Source of the DNA: the human T2T-CHM13v2.0 reference genome, Homo sapiens
Direction: 5' to 3' (one strand)
Assembly: GCF_009914755.1 (NCBI RefSeq)
Contig: NC_060926.1
DNA: 64,000 nucleotides
The position numbers and the translations under genes are program-made. The first letter of the stretch is position 1; every line of letters starts with the position of its first letter. Below are positions 1 through 17,244 of this stretch, piece after piece. The notes beneath the pieces are model-generated. The model was given only the letters and a program-made list of their open reading frames with translations. It was not told the origin of the DNA and ran no database searches.

Positions 1-48
1 TATTTCAGCATCTTCTCCAACTGGTCTCTCTTATGTTTGCTCTCTCAG

Positions 49-105
49 GCTTCATGGACACTTCTCTGTTGTAAATGTGTTTGATCAGAGATGTTTTTCC
101 TGCAG
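49..105 (+). other. Candidate internal exon (57 nt), host gene unknown
   Basis: Pyrimidine-rich acceptor TCTCTCTTATGTTTGCTCTCTCAG and donor CAG|GTAAAT. One open frame: LHGHFSVVNVFDQRCFSC. Confidence 0.3.
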
Positions 106-890
106 GTAAATCGCACAGCAAGGTTGAGCAGACAAGCTGAATTTTGTATTTCAGTAAAGCCACATCGACTGTGTATGTGTTCAACATTGTGCTAGGTGGT
201 ATAAACGCTACAGTGCAGAAGAGGAAGATAGCAAAAACACGTTTATGAAGAGTCTGTTGTGTGCCAAATAATTTATACGATATATAATTTTATAACATAT
301 TGGGTAAACATTATTCTTCATGGTTAGAGAAGAAAGGAAGCTGTGACAAATTAACTCACTCATAGGCAAGCTAGAGTGAGGAGGAATGGAGGAGCTAGGA
401 CTGAAGTCTAGAATTGCCTGATACAAAAACACCCCACCCTTTCCATTATACTACATTAGTACAAAATCTAAGTTGAGATTCCCTTCCAAATGTGCTATGC
501 TCCAATAAAATTTTGCCAAATTTGCCAAATGCCACTGATAAAGTCTGAAGGAAATTGGAAAAGAGGAAGATGCAAACATGTCTGGATTTCCAAGGAAGGT
601 TTCATGGAGGAGGCAGGGTAGGGGCTGGGCCTCAAAACCTGGCGGGGCTTGTATGACGAGGGAGGAAAGTCACAGCAAAGGAGGGGAATTACAGGCTGGG
701 AATCAGAAGTTGCCAAGAAGTAGAGGGGAATTACAGTGGCATGTGAAGAGTGAAGAGGTCATTGCTGTCACTGCTGCTGAGGGTGCGTGCTGAAAGCAGT
801 AGCAGATAAGGATATGCAGGTATTAGGACCAGATTGCAGAGGACTTTCAAAGCCAGGTGGAGTTTTAAGTAGAGATATGGTGGAAGGTAG

Positions 891-1560
<670 letters not shown>

Positions 1561-2369
1561 GTGGATAGAACATATGACTTTCAGAGGGGAAAGTTTTATA
1601 ATTAACTGAACATGATAGAATTCTCAGTGTATGTGAATCTTTTACACACATTGGAATACATATATCATAATTTTGTTTGGTTCTGCAATATAGTAAAGTT
1701 ATTCTTCAGATAGAATATAAAATATACACAACTATGACCACTTTGACATAAGCGCTCAACAGGACCTTCAATCCATCATCACCAGGGTCCCAGAGTTAAG
1801 AGAAACAACTGTGTCTACTTAGCCGATGGTGGTGTGTCAGCACCATGGACAGCGAGGCAGTAGCGACAGACTGCATCTACAGGCAGAGGAATTTAGACTT
1901 CTGTAAGGTAGTAGGTCTTTCGCATAAAAGCAGTGGAATGGAATCTTTCAGTGAATTTCAAAGACTAATCTTTTTCCCAGGCTTCCTTTTCTTTGGATTC
2001 CCACCAGGGAAAGGAGAACCTCACGTGTGCTGACTCTGAGGATCTGGTGTACAGATGCACACATGTGAACATGCTAGTGTGTGCACACATGCAACTGAAA
2101 GCTTTCAGAAAATTAAAACAAATTCATTTTACAAAGACTAAGGACCCTGGAGGAAGAAAATAGGGAAATTTTAAATTGGCACTTTTGCCCTCCTGAACAC
2201 AGCCTTCCCTGAGTACCAATGCGTAGAACCAAATTGGCCGTGATGTTGAGCATCCTGAGATCAGACAATTCTCCCTGGTCTGAAGCCCTCAGCTTGCCTT
2301 TGGCTGAGGCCCAAGATGGAAAAGGACAAAAACAAAACAAAACAAAACTGCAGAGGTTAGGTGGCCTAA

Positions 2370-2667
<298 letters not shown>

Positions 2668-2786
2668 ACTTTTTTCTTTTTTGTTTTGGTTTCTTAAGTC
2701 TCATTTGCAAACTTCTTGACCAGGCCTAGCTTGAGGTTGAGCCTAAAGAACATCTCAGGGGAAGTGTGTAAAATAAAAGGATTTGA

Positions 2787-3110
<324 letters not shown>

Positions 3111-3149
3111 TTACAGTCTACAAAAAGGCATCTGCAGCACATCTCATTA

Positions 3150-3357
<208 letters not shown>

Positions 3358-3558
3358 TCACTGAGGGCATTATCAGTTCTGCTGTTGTTGAAGACATTAA
3401 CACAACTACGATAGGACCACTTTCTGATAATAAACCCTCAGTGGATAATGCAGTCTTATTGTTTTAAGTCTTTAGCATGGCATTCATGGGCTATTGTTCC
3501 AGTCTTTGTCTCCAGGCCAGCCTCATACTCATCACAAGTTTCTACTACTTTCCTCTAG

Positions 3559-4093
<535 letters not shown>

Positions 4094-4842
4094 TTCCTGT
4101 CTTCTTATATTGATAAGAAAAACAAAACAAAATGGTGGTGAAGTGTTGAGGTGGCGAAAATTTTGGGGGGAGGTATGGAGAGATAATGGGCGGTGTTTCT
4201 CAGGGCTGCTTCAAGCGGGATTACGGGCGGCGAGGGAACCTAGAGTGGGAGAGATTAAACTGAAGAAAGATTTTGGGGCAAGGGGTGATATTGTGGGGCT
4301 GTTAGAAGGAGCATTTATCGTATAGAATTATTGGTGATGGTCTGGATGCGATTTTGTATGAATTGAGAAACTAAATGAAAGACACAAGGTCCAAATAAGA
4401 GAAGGAGAAAAACAGGTGTTAAAGGACAAAGAATTGGGAGTACCCAGGACATCCAATTACAAAGCGTCCAAGGGGGTTCAGCATAATTACTTGCTTGGTT
4501 GGCACAAGTTTAGGCTCTATCCTTGAGTTTTTTTATGTTGTCATATACCATGCCAGATTGATTTAGGTAAAAACAGCATTCTTCATTTAAAAATATACAG
4601 TCTTCTTTTTTTAGCAGTGACTAAGTCGAGGCCTTGGCAATTTTGGAGGAAAGAGAAATGCAAAGCCAGCAATTGTTTGTTAAAGAAGGATTAGAAATGG
4701 CTAGGAAAGAGTGAGTTTGATATTGTGGTGGAGATAGCTGGGGAGAGGTAGAGGGTGTCATAAGAACGGGAATGAGAATTAGAGTAAGTATAAAAGTAAA
4801 GTATAGGACTTCATCAGGGTGAAAGTATTGGAGTGTACTTTG

Positions 4843-5217
4843 TCACTGAAGATATTCTATCCACTTAAAGAGAGACTTAAGGGTGGCAGTTTGAGGTAAA
4901 ACCAGGCGCCACTGAATACCAAGAGACTGATAAACTGCTTCGGTGATTTGACTAATAAAGGCCGGTGTGTTATCAGATTGTATCAAGGTGGGAAGGCCAA
5001 ACCAAGGAATTATGTCTGACAGAAGGGAAGAAATGACCGCGGTGGCCTTCTCAGACCCTGTGGAAAAGGCCTCTACCCATCCAGTGAAAGTGTCTACCCA
5101 GACCGAGAGGTATTTTAGTTTTCTGACTCGGAGCATGTGAGTAAAGTCAATTTGCCAGTCCTGGGCAGGGGCAAATCCCTGAGCTTGATGTGTAGGAAAG
5201 GGAGGGGTCCTGAACAA
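4843..5217 (-). pseudogene. HERV-H integrase core fragment
   Basis: ORF with WQIDFTHM...VWVDTFTGWVEAF...IQSDN, the first two acidic residues of the DDE triad. It is truncated downstream. Confidence 0.9.
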
Positions 5218-5481
5218 TACCTGAGGGGTAGTAGAATAGCAGATGGAACACTGAGAAGTGATTTCCTTGAGGATAGATTTCCATGATGGAAAGGAAATGA
5301 GAGGTTCTAAGAGATGGGCTAGCAGCTTGTAACCTACATGGAAGAGGTTATGAAATGACGACAGAATAGAATGGGCCTGTGAGGCTGGAAGGAGATATTT
5401 TCCTTGGTCTAAGAACCATTTGCCTTGTGTGGGAAGAGATTGATAGGTGGAAGTTTCAGCGGGGGAGTAGGTGGGAGTGAC

Positions 5482-5960
5482 CTATGATGAGGAGAAAAAC
5501 TGGCCATGAGGGACAGAAGTTTGAATTCTAGCTGCTTCTTTAGCTACCTTATCAGCATAAGCGTTGCCCTGAGCGATGGGATCTGATGCCTTTTGGTGGC
5601 CCTTGCAGTGTATGACTCCAGCTTCCTTTGGAAGTAAAGTGGACTTGAGAAGAGTTTTTATTAAAGAGGCATTAATGATGGAGGACCCTTGTGTAGTGAG
5701 GAAACCTCTTTCAGCCCCTATAATAGCATGGTGGTGCAAGATAAGGAAGGCATATTTAGAGTCAGTATAAATATTGACACATAGTCCCTTTGCAAGGGTG
5801 AGGCTCCGAGTTAAGGCAATGAGTTCGGCTTGCTGAGAGATAGTGGAGGGGGGCAGAGTGGTAGCCTCAATGATAGATGTGGAAGATACTATAGCACAGC
5901 CTGCCTTTGCTAGTGCGTGGCGATTAGGCCGGGTGGAACTGCCATCAATAAGCCAAATGT
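5482..5960 (-). pseudogene. HERV-H RNase H fragment
   Basis: ORF 5482-5739 contains VIHCKGHQKASDPIAQGNAYADKVAK. The upstream part is frameshifted. Confidence 0.85.
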
Positions 5961-6591
5961 GATCAGGGTGAGGAACAGGAAAGAAGGAAATATGGGGAAA
6001 TGAGGTGAGTGTCAGGTGGATCAGAGAGATACAGTCATGGGGGTCAGGTGTGGTATCCGGAATAATGTAGGAGGCCGGATTGAAGACTGGGCCAGGAGCA
6101 ATGGTAATGTGGGAGACTCAACAAAGAGTGAGTATAGCTGAAGGAGCCAGGGAGCAGAAAGTATATGCGTCAGGTGTGAGGAGGAAAATAGATTTTGGAA
6201 GTTATGAGAGCTGTAGAGAGTGAGTTGACCATATTTTGTGATTTTTAGGGCCTCTAAAAGTATTAGGGTGGCGGCGGCCACCACATGCAGACATGAGGGC
6301 TAGGCTAAAACAGTTAGGTCAAATTGTTTGGACAGAAAGGCTACAGGGCACGGTCCTGGCTCTTGTGTAAGAACTCTGCACAGCCCTGCAATTCGGCTGT
6401 GTGTAATGAAAAGTGTTGGGATGAGTTAGGGAGATCTAGTGTGGGGGCAGCTTCTAGGGCTCTTTTTAAGGAACAGAAAGAGGAGTGGCGAAAGGATTTA
6501 GGATCTATGGGGTCAGCTAGGTTTGGTTTTGTGAGTTGATATATTGGTTTTGTTAGGATGGCAAAACCAGGTATCTAAAGGCGAAAGTATC

Positions 6592-7157
6592 CTACCATGC
6601 CCAGGAGGGAAAGGAGTTGTTGCTTTGTAGAAGCGTTTGGGAGATTAGCCGGACACAATCAGCAGAGAGAGCACATTTGTTTTCATGAAGAATTATGTCG
6701 AGATAGGTAATGGATGAGGAAGAAATTTGGGCTTGACTGAAATAATGGGGGCTGTCTGTGAAACCTTGCAGTAGTATAGCCCAGGTATTTTGCTGAGCCT
6801 GATGGGTGTCAGGGTCAGTTCGAGTGAAAGTGAAGAGAGGCTGGGATGAAGGGTGCAAAGGAATAGTAAAGAAAGCATGTTTGAGATCCAGAACAGAATA
6901 ATGGGTTATGGAGGGGTTGTGGAGGGATGTATTGAGGATAGGAGAGTATATGGGTTTGACACCACAGGGTGGGTAGGCAAAACAACTTGGTTGATAAGTT
7001 GCAGATCCTGAACTAATTGTAAGACTTGTCCAGTTTTTGAACAGGTAAAATGGAATTCTAAGGAGAGTTTATAGGCTTTAAAAGACCATGCTGTAACAGG
7101 TGAGTGATAACAGGCTTTAATCCTTTTAAAGCGTGCTGTGGGATGGGATATTGGCAT
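6592..7157 (-). pseudogene. HERV-H reverse transcriptase fragments, defective
   Basis: LVQDLQLINQVVLPTHPVVSNPYTLLS and QGFTDSPHYFSQA are present. The latter runs straight into QISSSSITYL with no YxDD motif, indicating an internal deletion. Confidence 0.85.
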
Positions 7158-7237
7158 TGAGTGGGGTAAGGGTGATTAGGTTTTAGTGGGATGGTAAGGG
7201 GTGCATGATCGGTTGCCAAGGAGGGAGTAGAGGCATC

Positions 7238-7597
7238 CTATACTTGTGGTTTAAGGTGGGGAGATACAAGGAGAGAATGTGAAGGAGGCTTTGAACCGGG
7301 GCAAAAGGCAGCAATGAGGTGTGGCTGTAACCCAGGAATAGTCAGGGAAGCAGATAATTTAGTTAAAATGTCTTGACCTAATAAGGGAACTGGGCAGGTG
7401 GGGATAACTAAAAAGGAGTGCATAAAAGAATATTGTTCAAGTTGGCACCAGAGTTGGGGAGTTTTAAGGGGTTTAGAAGCCTGGCCGTCAATACTCACAA
7501 CAGTTATGGAGGCAAAGGAAACAGGCCTTTGAAAAGAAGGTAATGGGGAGTTAGTAGCCTCCGTGTTGATTAAGAAGGGGTCGGACTTACCCTCCAC
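7238..7597 (-). pseudogene. HERV-H protease, catalytic motif mutated
   Basis: FLINTEAT replaces FLxDTGA; C-terminal PTCPVPLLGQDILTKL is typical of gamma-like proteases. Confidence 0.85.
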
Positions 7598-7658
7598 TGT
7601 AAGAGTTACCCAAAGTGTCTGTGATGGTCCAGGAGGCTTCCGAGGTGATTGGGCAGCG

Positions 7659-8907
7659 TCAGTCTTCAGCCGCTAAGCCAAGAAGATCTGGGAAGGAGTC
7701 AGTCAGAGAGCCTTGGGCCAGAGTTCCAGGGGCTCTGGGAGTGGCTGCCGGGCGAGTTGGACAGTCTGATTTCCACTGGGGTCCCACACAGATGGGACAC
7801 GGCTTAGGAGGAATTCCAGGCTGCAGGCATTCCTTGGCCCAGTGGCCAGATTTCCGGCACTGGAAGCAAGATCCTGGGGGAGGCGGTCCTGGAGGAACAC
7901 CTGGCCGCTGCGGTTCAGGCGTTTTGAAGTTCTTGTGTGCTGGAGATGTGGCTGGGGTTTCTCTCACAGTGGAGGCAAGTAATTGCAACTCAGAAATACG
8001 TTGCCTCTACTCTATTATTGTACACCTTGAAGGCGAGGTTAATTAAGTCCTGTTGTGGGGTTTGAGGGCCGGAATCTAATTTTTAGAGCTTTTTCTAATG
8101 CTGGGAGGGGATTGGGTAATAAAATGCATATTAAGAGTAAGGCAGCCTTCAGGAACTTCTGGGTCTAGGGTGGTAAAGCGTCTAAGGGTTGCTGCTAATG
8201 GGCCATGAACTGGGTTGAGTTCTTATATTTGATAAAAAAGAGCCTAAACGCTAACTGATTTGGGAGAGGTCGGATAAAGAAAAAGGAGCATTAACCTTGA
8301 CTACGCCTTTAGCTCCAGCCACCTCTTTAAGGGGAAATTTTTGGACAGGTCGGGGAGGGCTAGTCGCGGAACAAAACTGTAAGCCAGACCAGATGTGAGG
8401 AGGGAAGGTGATAGAAGGATTTTAGGGTGGGGGGAGCAGAGGCTGAGGAAGAATTGGGACCTGGCTTGGCCTGGCCAGGAGCAGCCTGGGGAGAAGGGGA
8501 GAGGTCAGATGAGTCCATAGAAAAGAAGGATTCAAAGGACTCAGAGCTTGGGGTGGAGACTGAAGGAACAGACAGGAGAGAAAGAAGAAAGATTTGGGAT
8601 GAGTCTCACTGGGAGCAGAGACTCGGGCGGGACCAATGTGTAAAAGAATGCCTGGATGTCAGGCACCTCAGACCATTTCCCCATTTTTTTGACAAAAATT
8701 ATCTAGATCTTGTAGGATAGACAAATCGAAAGTGCCATTCTCTGGCCACTTGGAACTACTGTCAAGTTTGTATTGGGGCCAAGCGGTATTGCAGAAGAAA
8801 ATAAGACGCTCAGATTTTAGGTCAGGTGAGAGTTGAAGAGGTTTTAAGTTCTTGAGAACACAGGCTAAGGGAGAAGAAGGAGGAATGGAGGGTGGAAGGT
8901 TGCCCAT
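7659..8907 (-). pseudogene. HERV-H gag remnants (matrix N-terminus and nucleocapsid zinc knuckles)
   Basis: MGNLPPSIPPSSPLACVLKNL...IFFCNTAWPQYKL...WPENGTFD in ORF 8668-9060. [14 protein letters not shown] plus a degenerate [13 protein letters not shown] in ORF 7659-7988. Confidence 0.9.
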
Positions 8908-9249
8908 AGTGAAGGAGGCAAGTTTAAAGAGAAGGGTAGAGACACGGAGAAGGGGGGTGGGGAGCAGCTCTGGGCTGCAACGTGGGTGAGCAGCCAAAGC
9001 AGGCGTCCCCGCAGTTGACTTGCCACCAAGGGAATGTGGGTGAATGACCAAGGCAGGCATCCCCGTGGAAATCAGACACCAATGGAACGTGGATGAATAT
9101 CAGAGAGGCATCTCTGCAATGATTAAACACCAAGGGAAGGCTGCCTTCCCAAGTCCGTGACCGGTACTGGAGTTTTGGGTCCACGGATAAAATGTGTGTC
9201 CTTTGTCTCTACCAGAAAATGAAAAGAATTGAAATTAAGAGAAGGGAGA

Positions 9250-9713
<464 letters not shown>

Positions 9714-9766
9714 TCATGGAGTGAGGGTGAGGACAGGGGACTGGTCTCCTGAAGGAGTCCCACTGA

Positions 9767-9784
9767 CCTGGGTCTTCAGCGCCA
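9767..9784 (-). promoter_or_regulatory. Retroviral primer-binding site, closer to tRNA-Phe than tRNA-His
   Basis: TGGCGCTGAAGACCCAGG lies 2 nt after the U5 end (...GAGACA-TT). Confidence 0.65.
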
Positions 9785-9786
9785 AA

Positions 9787-10029
<243 letters not shown>

Positions 10030-11014
10030 ATAGTTCTTGCTCTTTGGCCCCTTTGACTGGCATGGTCTAAATACACCACATCTTTGTCTCTTCATAAGGG
10101 TTTTACTCATCTTTTAAGCCTTTTGTTTTCATTTACTTCTACTAATCCTTCCACTAAATCAGGACTTTTAAGGCACCAATCAATAATGCATAGCTTTGTA
10201 TATTGGTACTCTGTGCATTTGAATTACTCTAGCACTAGATTGTTAACTCTTTGAGAGCAGTAATTGTGACTTATGTTGTATGTCTGTTGGGAAAGTTCTG
10301 TGTATCAAGCTACACATGCATACCAGTTGTCCAATTAGACCTTCAACATAGACTGTGAAAGCTGAGAACTTCTTAGAAGTGAAGGAAAAAAAGACAGGAC
10401 CTGAGTGGATTGCCACCAGTCACCCTCTTCTTTCTGCCTCTCTTGAATTTCTTTGCGCAAAAAGAATGCAGTGTTGGTGTCCTCATTTAATCATTACTAT
10501 GGTTTTTGAGGCTCTTAAAATTAACTTTACCCTAATGCTTTTCTAAAATGCCACTTGACAACAGTGTACAGGTATTTTACATAACTACTGTATACTGGAG
10601 GTGTCTTCCATAGAATGTAGTGATCAAAATCCAGATCATACTTATATCCCGTCAGTGTTTCCATTCTAAGCTCCTCTCCGGAAGGATTTGTTACTTATTT
10701 TTTAATTTGTATCAGGCTCCAGCCTGACATTGGAGTTCTCGGTCCTGCTATAATGTAAGAATCCTTTTCTGCCTCAAAATGTATATTTTAATCACTACAG
10801 CAATTCAACGTGGAATGCTGTGTTTCTCTGCTGGGGAAGCCAATTCAATCACCCACACCTTCTGGGGGCAACTTTGATGGTCAAGGCTGTGGGACTGCTC
10901 AGGATCCCCTGTGAGGCATCCTATGGGTTGGATGTCATCCTTGAACCCAAGTGACTCAAGGGCTCTCAGCAACATAAGCCACGTGTATATCCTCACCCTG
11001 AGTCCTCATTGGTT

Positions 11015-11510
11015 TATTTTTTGTTTTGTTTTGTTTTTGTTTATTTTTGGGTTTGTTTTGTATTCTTTTTTGAAACAGGGTCTCACTCTGTCACCCAGGC
11101 CAGAGTGCAGTGGTACTATCACAGCTTATTGCAGCCTTTACCTCCTGGGCTCAAGCCTCCTCCGATCTCAGCCTCCTGAGTGGCTGGAACTACAGGTACA
11201 TGCCACCATGCCGGGTTAATTTTTTAATTTTTTTTTGTTTTGTAGAGTTGGGGGTCTCACAAAGTTGTCCGGGCTGGTCTCAAACTCCTAGGCTTAAGCA
11301 ATCCTCCCACCTCAGTCTCCCAAGTAGGTAGGACTACAGGTGCATGCCACTTTGCTTGGCTAGTTTTTTTTTTTTTTTTAAATTTTTATTTTGTAGACAT
11401 AAGGGTCTCACTATGTTGCCCAGGCTGGTCTTGAACTCCTGGGCCGAAGCAATCCTTCCACCTCGGCCTTCCAAAGTGCTGGGATTACAGGTGTAAGCCA
11501 CCACGCCCAG
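11015..11510 (-). mobile_element. Composite old Alu/FLAM cluster
   Basis: Several AluJ/FLAM-like monomer pieces in tandem, separated by T-rich tracts. Confidence 0.8.
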
Positions 11511-11866
11511 CTGAATTCGCGTGTTAAAGTGCTAAAGACAAGAGACCTCCAGACATTTCCTGGACAGGAGGCCTGAGCTCTTCTCTTTTGATACATGCTG
11601 ACCTGGGCTAGCAGTGGACTCTCAGGAAAACTGGACACTCTCTGATCCTCACTCTAGGAGTCAGTCTTGTCTTTTCTTTCCTCTAGGTTTTTTTTTGGGG
11701 TGGCCTTTGAAGACCCAAGTTTATTATCCCTTCACTCCTCCTAATTCTGAGAACTTTGTCCCCAGCAGGGTCAGGGAGTAAGAAGGGAAGTGCTTGCTTC
11801 TCATAGGTCTACTTTAGGGTCAAGGGCATTTCCTATACCTCATCTTCTCTTTTCCCCCAATCCCTA

Positions 11867-12790
<924 letters not shown>

Positions 12791-12949
12791 CCAGTTGGCT
12801 CTATTGATTGTTACAACACAAGCCTGCTGTGGGAATTTCTATATTTAGAGGCTTCTTGCTTTGGGAATTTTATCCAAAGACTCACTGTGTAGCTAACGCC
12901 AATTACTTACTTGCTTTGTTTCCTCAAATGTCATGGGAGGCGATTCATA

Positions 12950-13230
12950 ATTTAGTGCACTCAACAAACATTTATTGAGTAAACAAGATACAGACCCTTT
13001 CCTTATGCCACTCACAAGCTAGCCATGGTAATAAACAATTGAACAAACACTGACGATACAAAAAGGAAGTATAGGCCCAGAGGAAAATGTAACAGGGGCT
13101 CTGACTGGAAAAGGCTTAAAGGTGTTTTCCCAGAAGAAATATCATTTTAGCTAAGGCCTGAGGATGAGTGGAGGTTACTTGGCAAGAAATGGGGGGAAAA
13201 ATCGAGGCTGAGGTCCTGAGGCTGAGCAAG
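12950..13230 (-). mobile_element. L2 3' fragment
   Basis: CACTCAACAAACATTTATTGAG terminus and degenerate L2 body. Confidence 0.6.
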
Positions 13231-13599
13231 TCTGTTCTGTGGAGTGTATTTAATGAGTTGGGTATTCAGAGCAGATTCTTTTTAAATGCCCCCTTCTCTA
13301 TTCCACAAAATTATTTGGTAAGAATCATAAGATAAAAGAAAGAAAATAATGGCTAGAAAAATGAAAATAGTGAAAAATTTCTTTTATATAATATCATATA
13401 TATAATGATGCCTGTAAATTTTATTTATTTATTTATTTATAGAGACGGGGTTTGGCCACGTTGCCCAGGCTGGTCTCAAACTCCTGGATTCAAGTGATCC
13501 ACTCGCCCTGGCCTCCCGAAGTGCTGGTATTACAAGCGTGAGCCACTGCACCTGGCCTGTAAAATGTAAAGAAATAAAATTAAATAGATACTATGACAG

Positions 13600-14080
13600 A
13601 AAAAGGAAAAGAGTAATAAAATGATGTTTAAAATTCATAATGTATTTTTCAAAGGGGAAAAACTAATACCTATGTATTGTTCTGTAGCTGAATAATAATA
13701 TTATAATTTCTGTTTTTGAGATTTAACTTCTGCAGATTTATCAATGACTACATCAAAACTGGTTTTATTTGCATGTTCCCATCCAACAATCAGTTTAGCT
13801 AGATTTTTCAACCCACCTTCACCTACAGTTGATCAAGGAACATTTTTATTCATTTTATTGAAAAGTTTCTTTCACATGAAGCAACAAAAATCAAATAGGG
13901 TAAAGATTCATAAAAATTCCACTTCATAATAAATTCCACAAGGTGCAATACTTTTCATGTCTTTTGCCCTCTGACTCTAGACACTTCTGAATGTTTCCAT
14001 TTGGAGCTTTTGTGTTAAAAATTGTGTTTCTTAGACTTGACAGTCACTGTACTGTTATTGTTATTTCAAGTCTACTGACA
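13600..14080 (-). mobile_element. hAT-Tip100 (Zaphod-like) DNA transposon remnant with transposase C-terminal dimerisation domain
   Basis: Manual minus-strand translation of 13888-13701 gives FVASCERNFS, a frameshift, then STVGEGGLKNLAKLIVGWEHANKTSFDVVIDKSAEVKSQKQKL*. This matches the hATC pattern S-x-E-R-x-F-S...R-S-T-M...N-L-A...V-I-D-x-F-A. Confidence 0.72.
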
Positions 14081-14544
14081 AGAGAGGTTGGTACTTTGTA
14101 CATGTGGACAATTTCTCCTTTCACTAGAATATGTAGTAAGATACATATTCACAGAAATATGTAGTATGCTGGGAGCTGAAGACTTGAGAGCAAGAATGAT
14201 TCCAAATGATTGTAAACTTACTCTTGAGACAAATACATAGAGCTGAGCTCATATGCATGGGACTTGACTGTATACTTGAGTGTTCCAAAGTACCTTTTAC
14301 AAAGACTGCAATGATTATTAAGAGATAAGTAATAAAATTGGGCTAATTTGAAAGTTATATATATTAATTATATACATATAATTAAAATTAACAGTAATTG
14401 CAGCAATTGTTTAGTACTTAAGACTTACGAAAGATTTGTTGTTTGTATTTTATGAATTCCCTTCAGCCAAAAATGACAAGGGACACAAATTAGCTGGGCG
14501 TGATGGTGCACACCTGAAGTTCCAGCTACTTGAGAGGCTGAGAC

Positions 14545-14910
14545 TACGGGCACACATCATCAGCTAATCTGTAATTGAACAAGTTGGGTTTATTATTTGT
14601 TTGCATAGAGGGAGGACACACACCATGAGAACCCATGGGATGTCTCAGAAATAGGATATTAGAAAAAACCTATTTGGTTTGGATCTGGGCTTTAGTTGGG
14701 TAATTTGCAGGAGGGTCTAAGGAAGCAGGGGTTTACTCTGGATTGGGTGCCATTAGAAAGTGGACGCAATTCTATGATTTGACATTTTAATAAGTCTTAT
14801 AGTGGGAGAGACCAAAGACCAAAACTGTAATTGATAAAGAAGCTGGAGAGTGGGATATATGGTGCTTTGTGTTGCACAGTGACCATGTCTGAAGTGGATG
14901 TTCTGTGAAA
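14545..14910 (-). mobile_element. Old ERVL-type LTR (MER76-like)
   Basis: GTTGGGTTTATT...GGGAGGACACACACCATG...GTCTCAG pattern resembles ERVL LTR 3' ends. Family uncertain. Confidence 0.4.
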
Positions 14911-15029
14911 CAATGCATCCCATTCCTGCCCTCACCCAGGCAGATTGCTCTCACCATTCCACTCTTGGTTCACCACTGCTGATCTGTTTGAAAAATGAAT
15001 AGTTTCTTTTGTCGGATCAAGAGGTCAAG

Positions 15030-15860
<831 letters not shown>

Positions 15861-16234
15861 ACTGGAGAAACATTAATTAATATGACAACTATTTTTTTTT
15901 TTGCATTTGCTATACTATACACCATACCTGCCACAGTCCTGATAAAGACACAGCAGTTAACAAAACAAAATTCCTATCTTTATTGACAAATAAGCGAATA
16001 GTACGTCAGATGGTGATAGAAAAACAAAGCAGAGAGAGGGGATAGGGAGAATTAGTAGGATATAGGTCTGAGATATAAGTTTAGAATTAGTTCCTTGGCT
16101 TCAAGAATTTGTGATAAATACAAATTCTGATGACCTTCAAGAAATGTCAGGATCCAGTCTCCAGTGGCAAGGTCCTTTCTATTTAAATCCATAACAGGGT
16201 CCACTCTGCTATTCGCCAGACTTCCCAGATCATA

Positions 16235-16350
16235 AGAATCACCCAGGAGGCAGAGGTTGCAGTGAGCTGAGATTGCCTCACTGCACTCCAGCCTGGGCAA
16301 CACAGCCAGATTCTGTCTCAAAAAATAAACAAACAACAATAACAAAAAAA
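16235..16350 (+). mobile_element. 5'-truncated Alu (3' end only)
   Basis: CCCAGGAGGCAGAGGTTGCAGTGAGCTGAG...TCTCAAAAAA. Confidence 0.85.
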
Positions 16351-17199
16351 CCTAAAGTGGCTTGGAAATTGCCACTTAGTGATTGGGAAGATTCCAGGAA
16401 ATATTAATTTTTAAGAACATGGTTTATTCTCTTAGTTTCTTTGTCACAACCCCAAGTAATTTGGCAAAAAATTCTTCCTCCAGGCTAGATCCTATAGGTT
16501 GCAAGAGATGATATGCTAACTGCCCTCACAGAACTTACAGTTTAGTTGGGAGAAATGACTTCTGCACATGAAACCAAGAGCAGAGCTTAGATTTAAAATG
16601 AAAATAATCACACTTGGACATTGCTGGGTTGTCTCAGTTCCCAGGGGGATTACAATGAAGTGCACCCACTCCAGAACTAAAATGTATAGGACTGAATTGA
16701 TGAGACTAGCCATCTAGAGAGAGACCCTTTAGTCTGAAGATGGGTGGCCAAACACCGTCAGATACCCTCAGCCTGAAACAGAATCCCCAGAAAAACACTG
16801 GGATGGATGGAGCCAATCAGAAAACAACAACAAAAAGAAAAGCAGTGATTTTCCTGGAATCTGGAAAATGGCATGAGGAGAATGGAGGATATACAAGATA
16901 AATAAATTCTTACCAAGTGTCTACCAAAGGCCAGGTTTGGGACTACTAGGCAACTGATGTTTCAACCCACGACAAGCTTGTGAGGCTGATTGTGCCTTTC
17001 TGCTTTATAGATGAGGAAGCCACCTCAGAAAAATTTAGTAGCCAACCCAAAATAAAGAAATTGCTTAAAGTCTATTTGACTTCAAATGCCAAGGATAACT
17101 AGGTAAGATTAACTCAAAGACAAATTTTTAAAGCTACAAGCTTTTTGTCTATGATAGTTTCTCTCTTTCTCTCCTCCCACCCTCAGACTCTTTTAAATA

Positions 17200-17204
17200 T
17201 TTTT

Positions 17205-17244
<40 letters not shown>

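Noticed and set aside
4100-4840. Possible HERV-H env gene
   Set aside because: Only a short, stop-ridden remnant between integrase and the PPT, with no minus-strand ORF.
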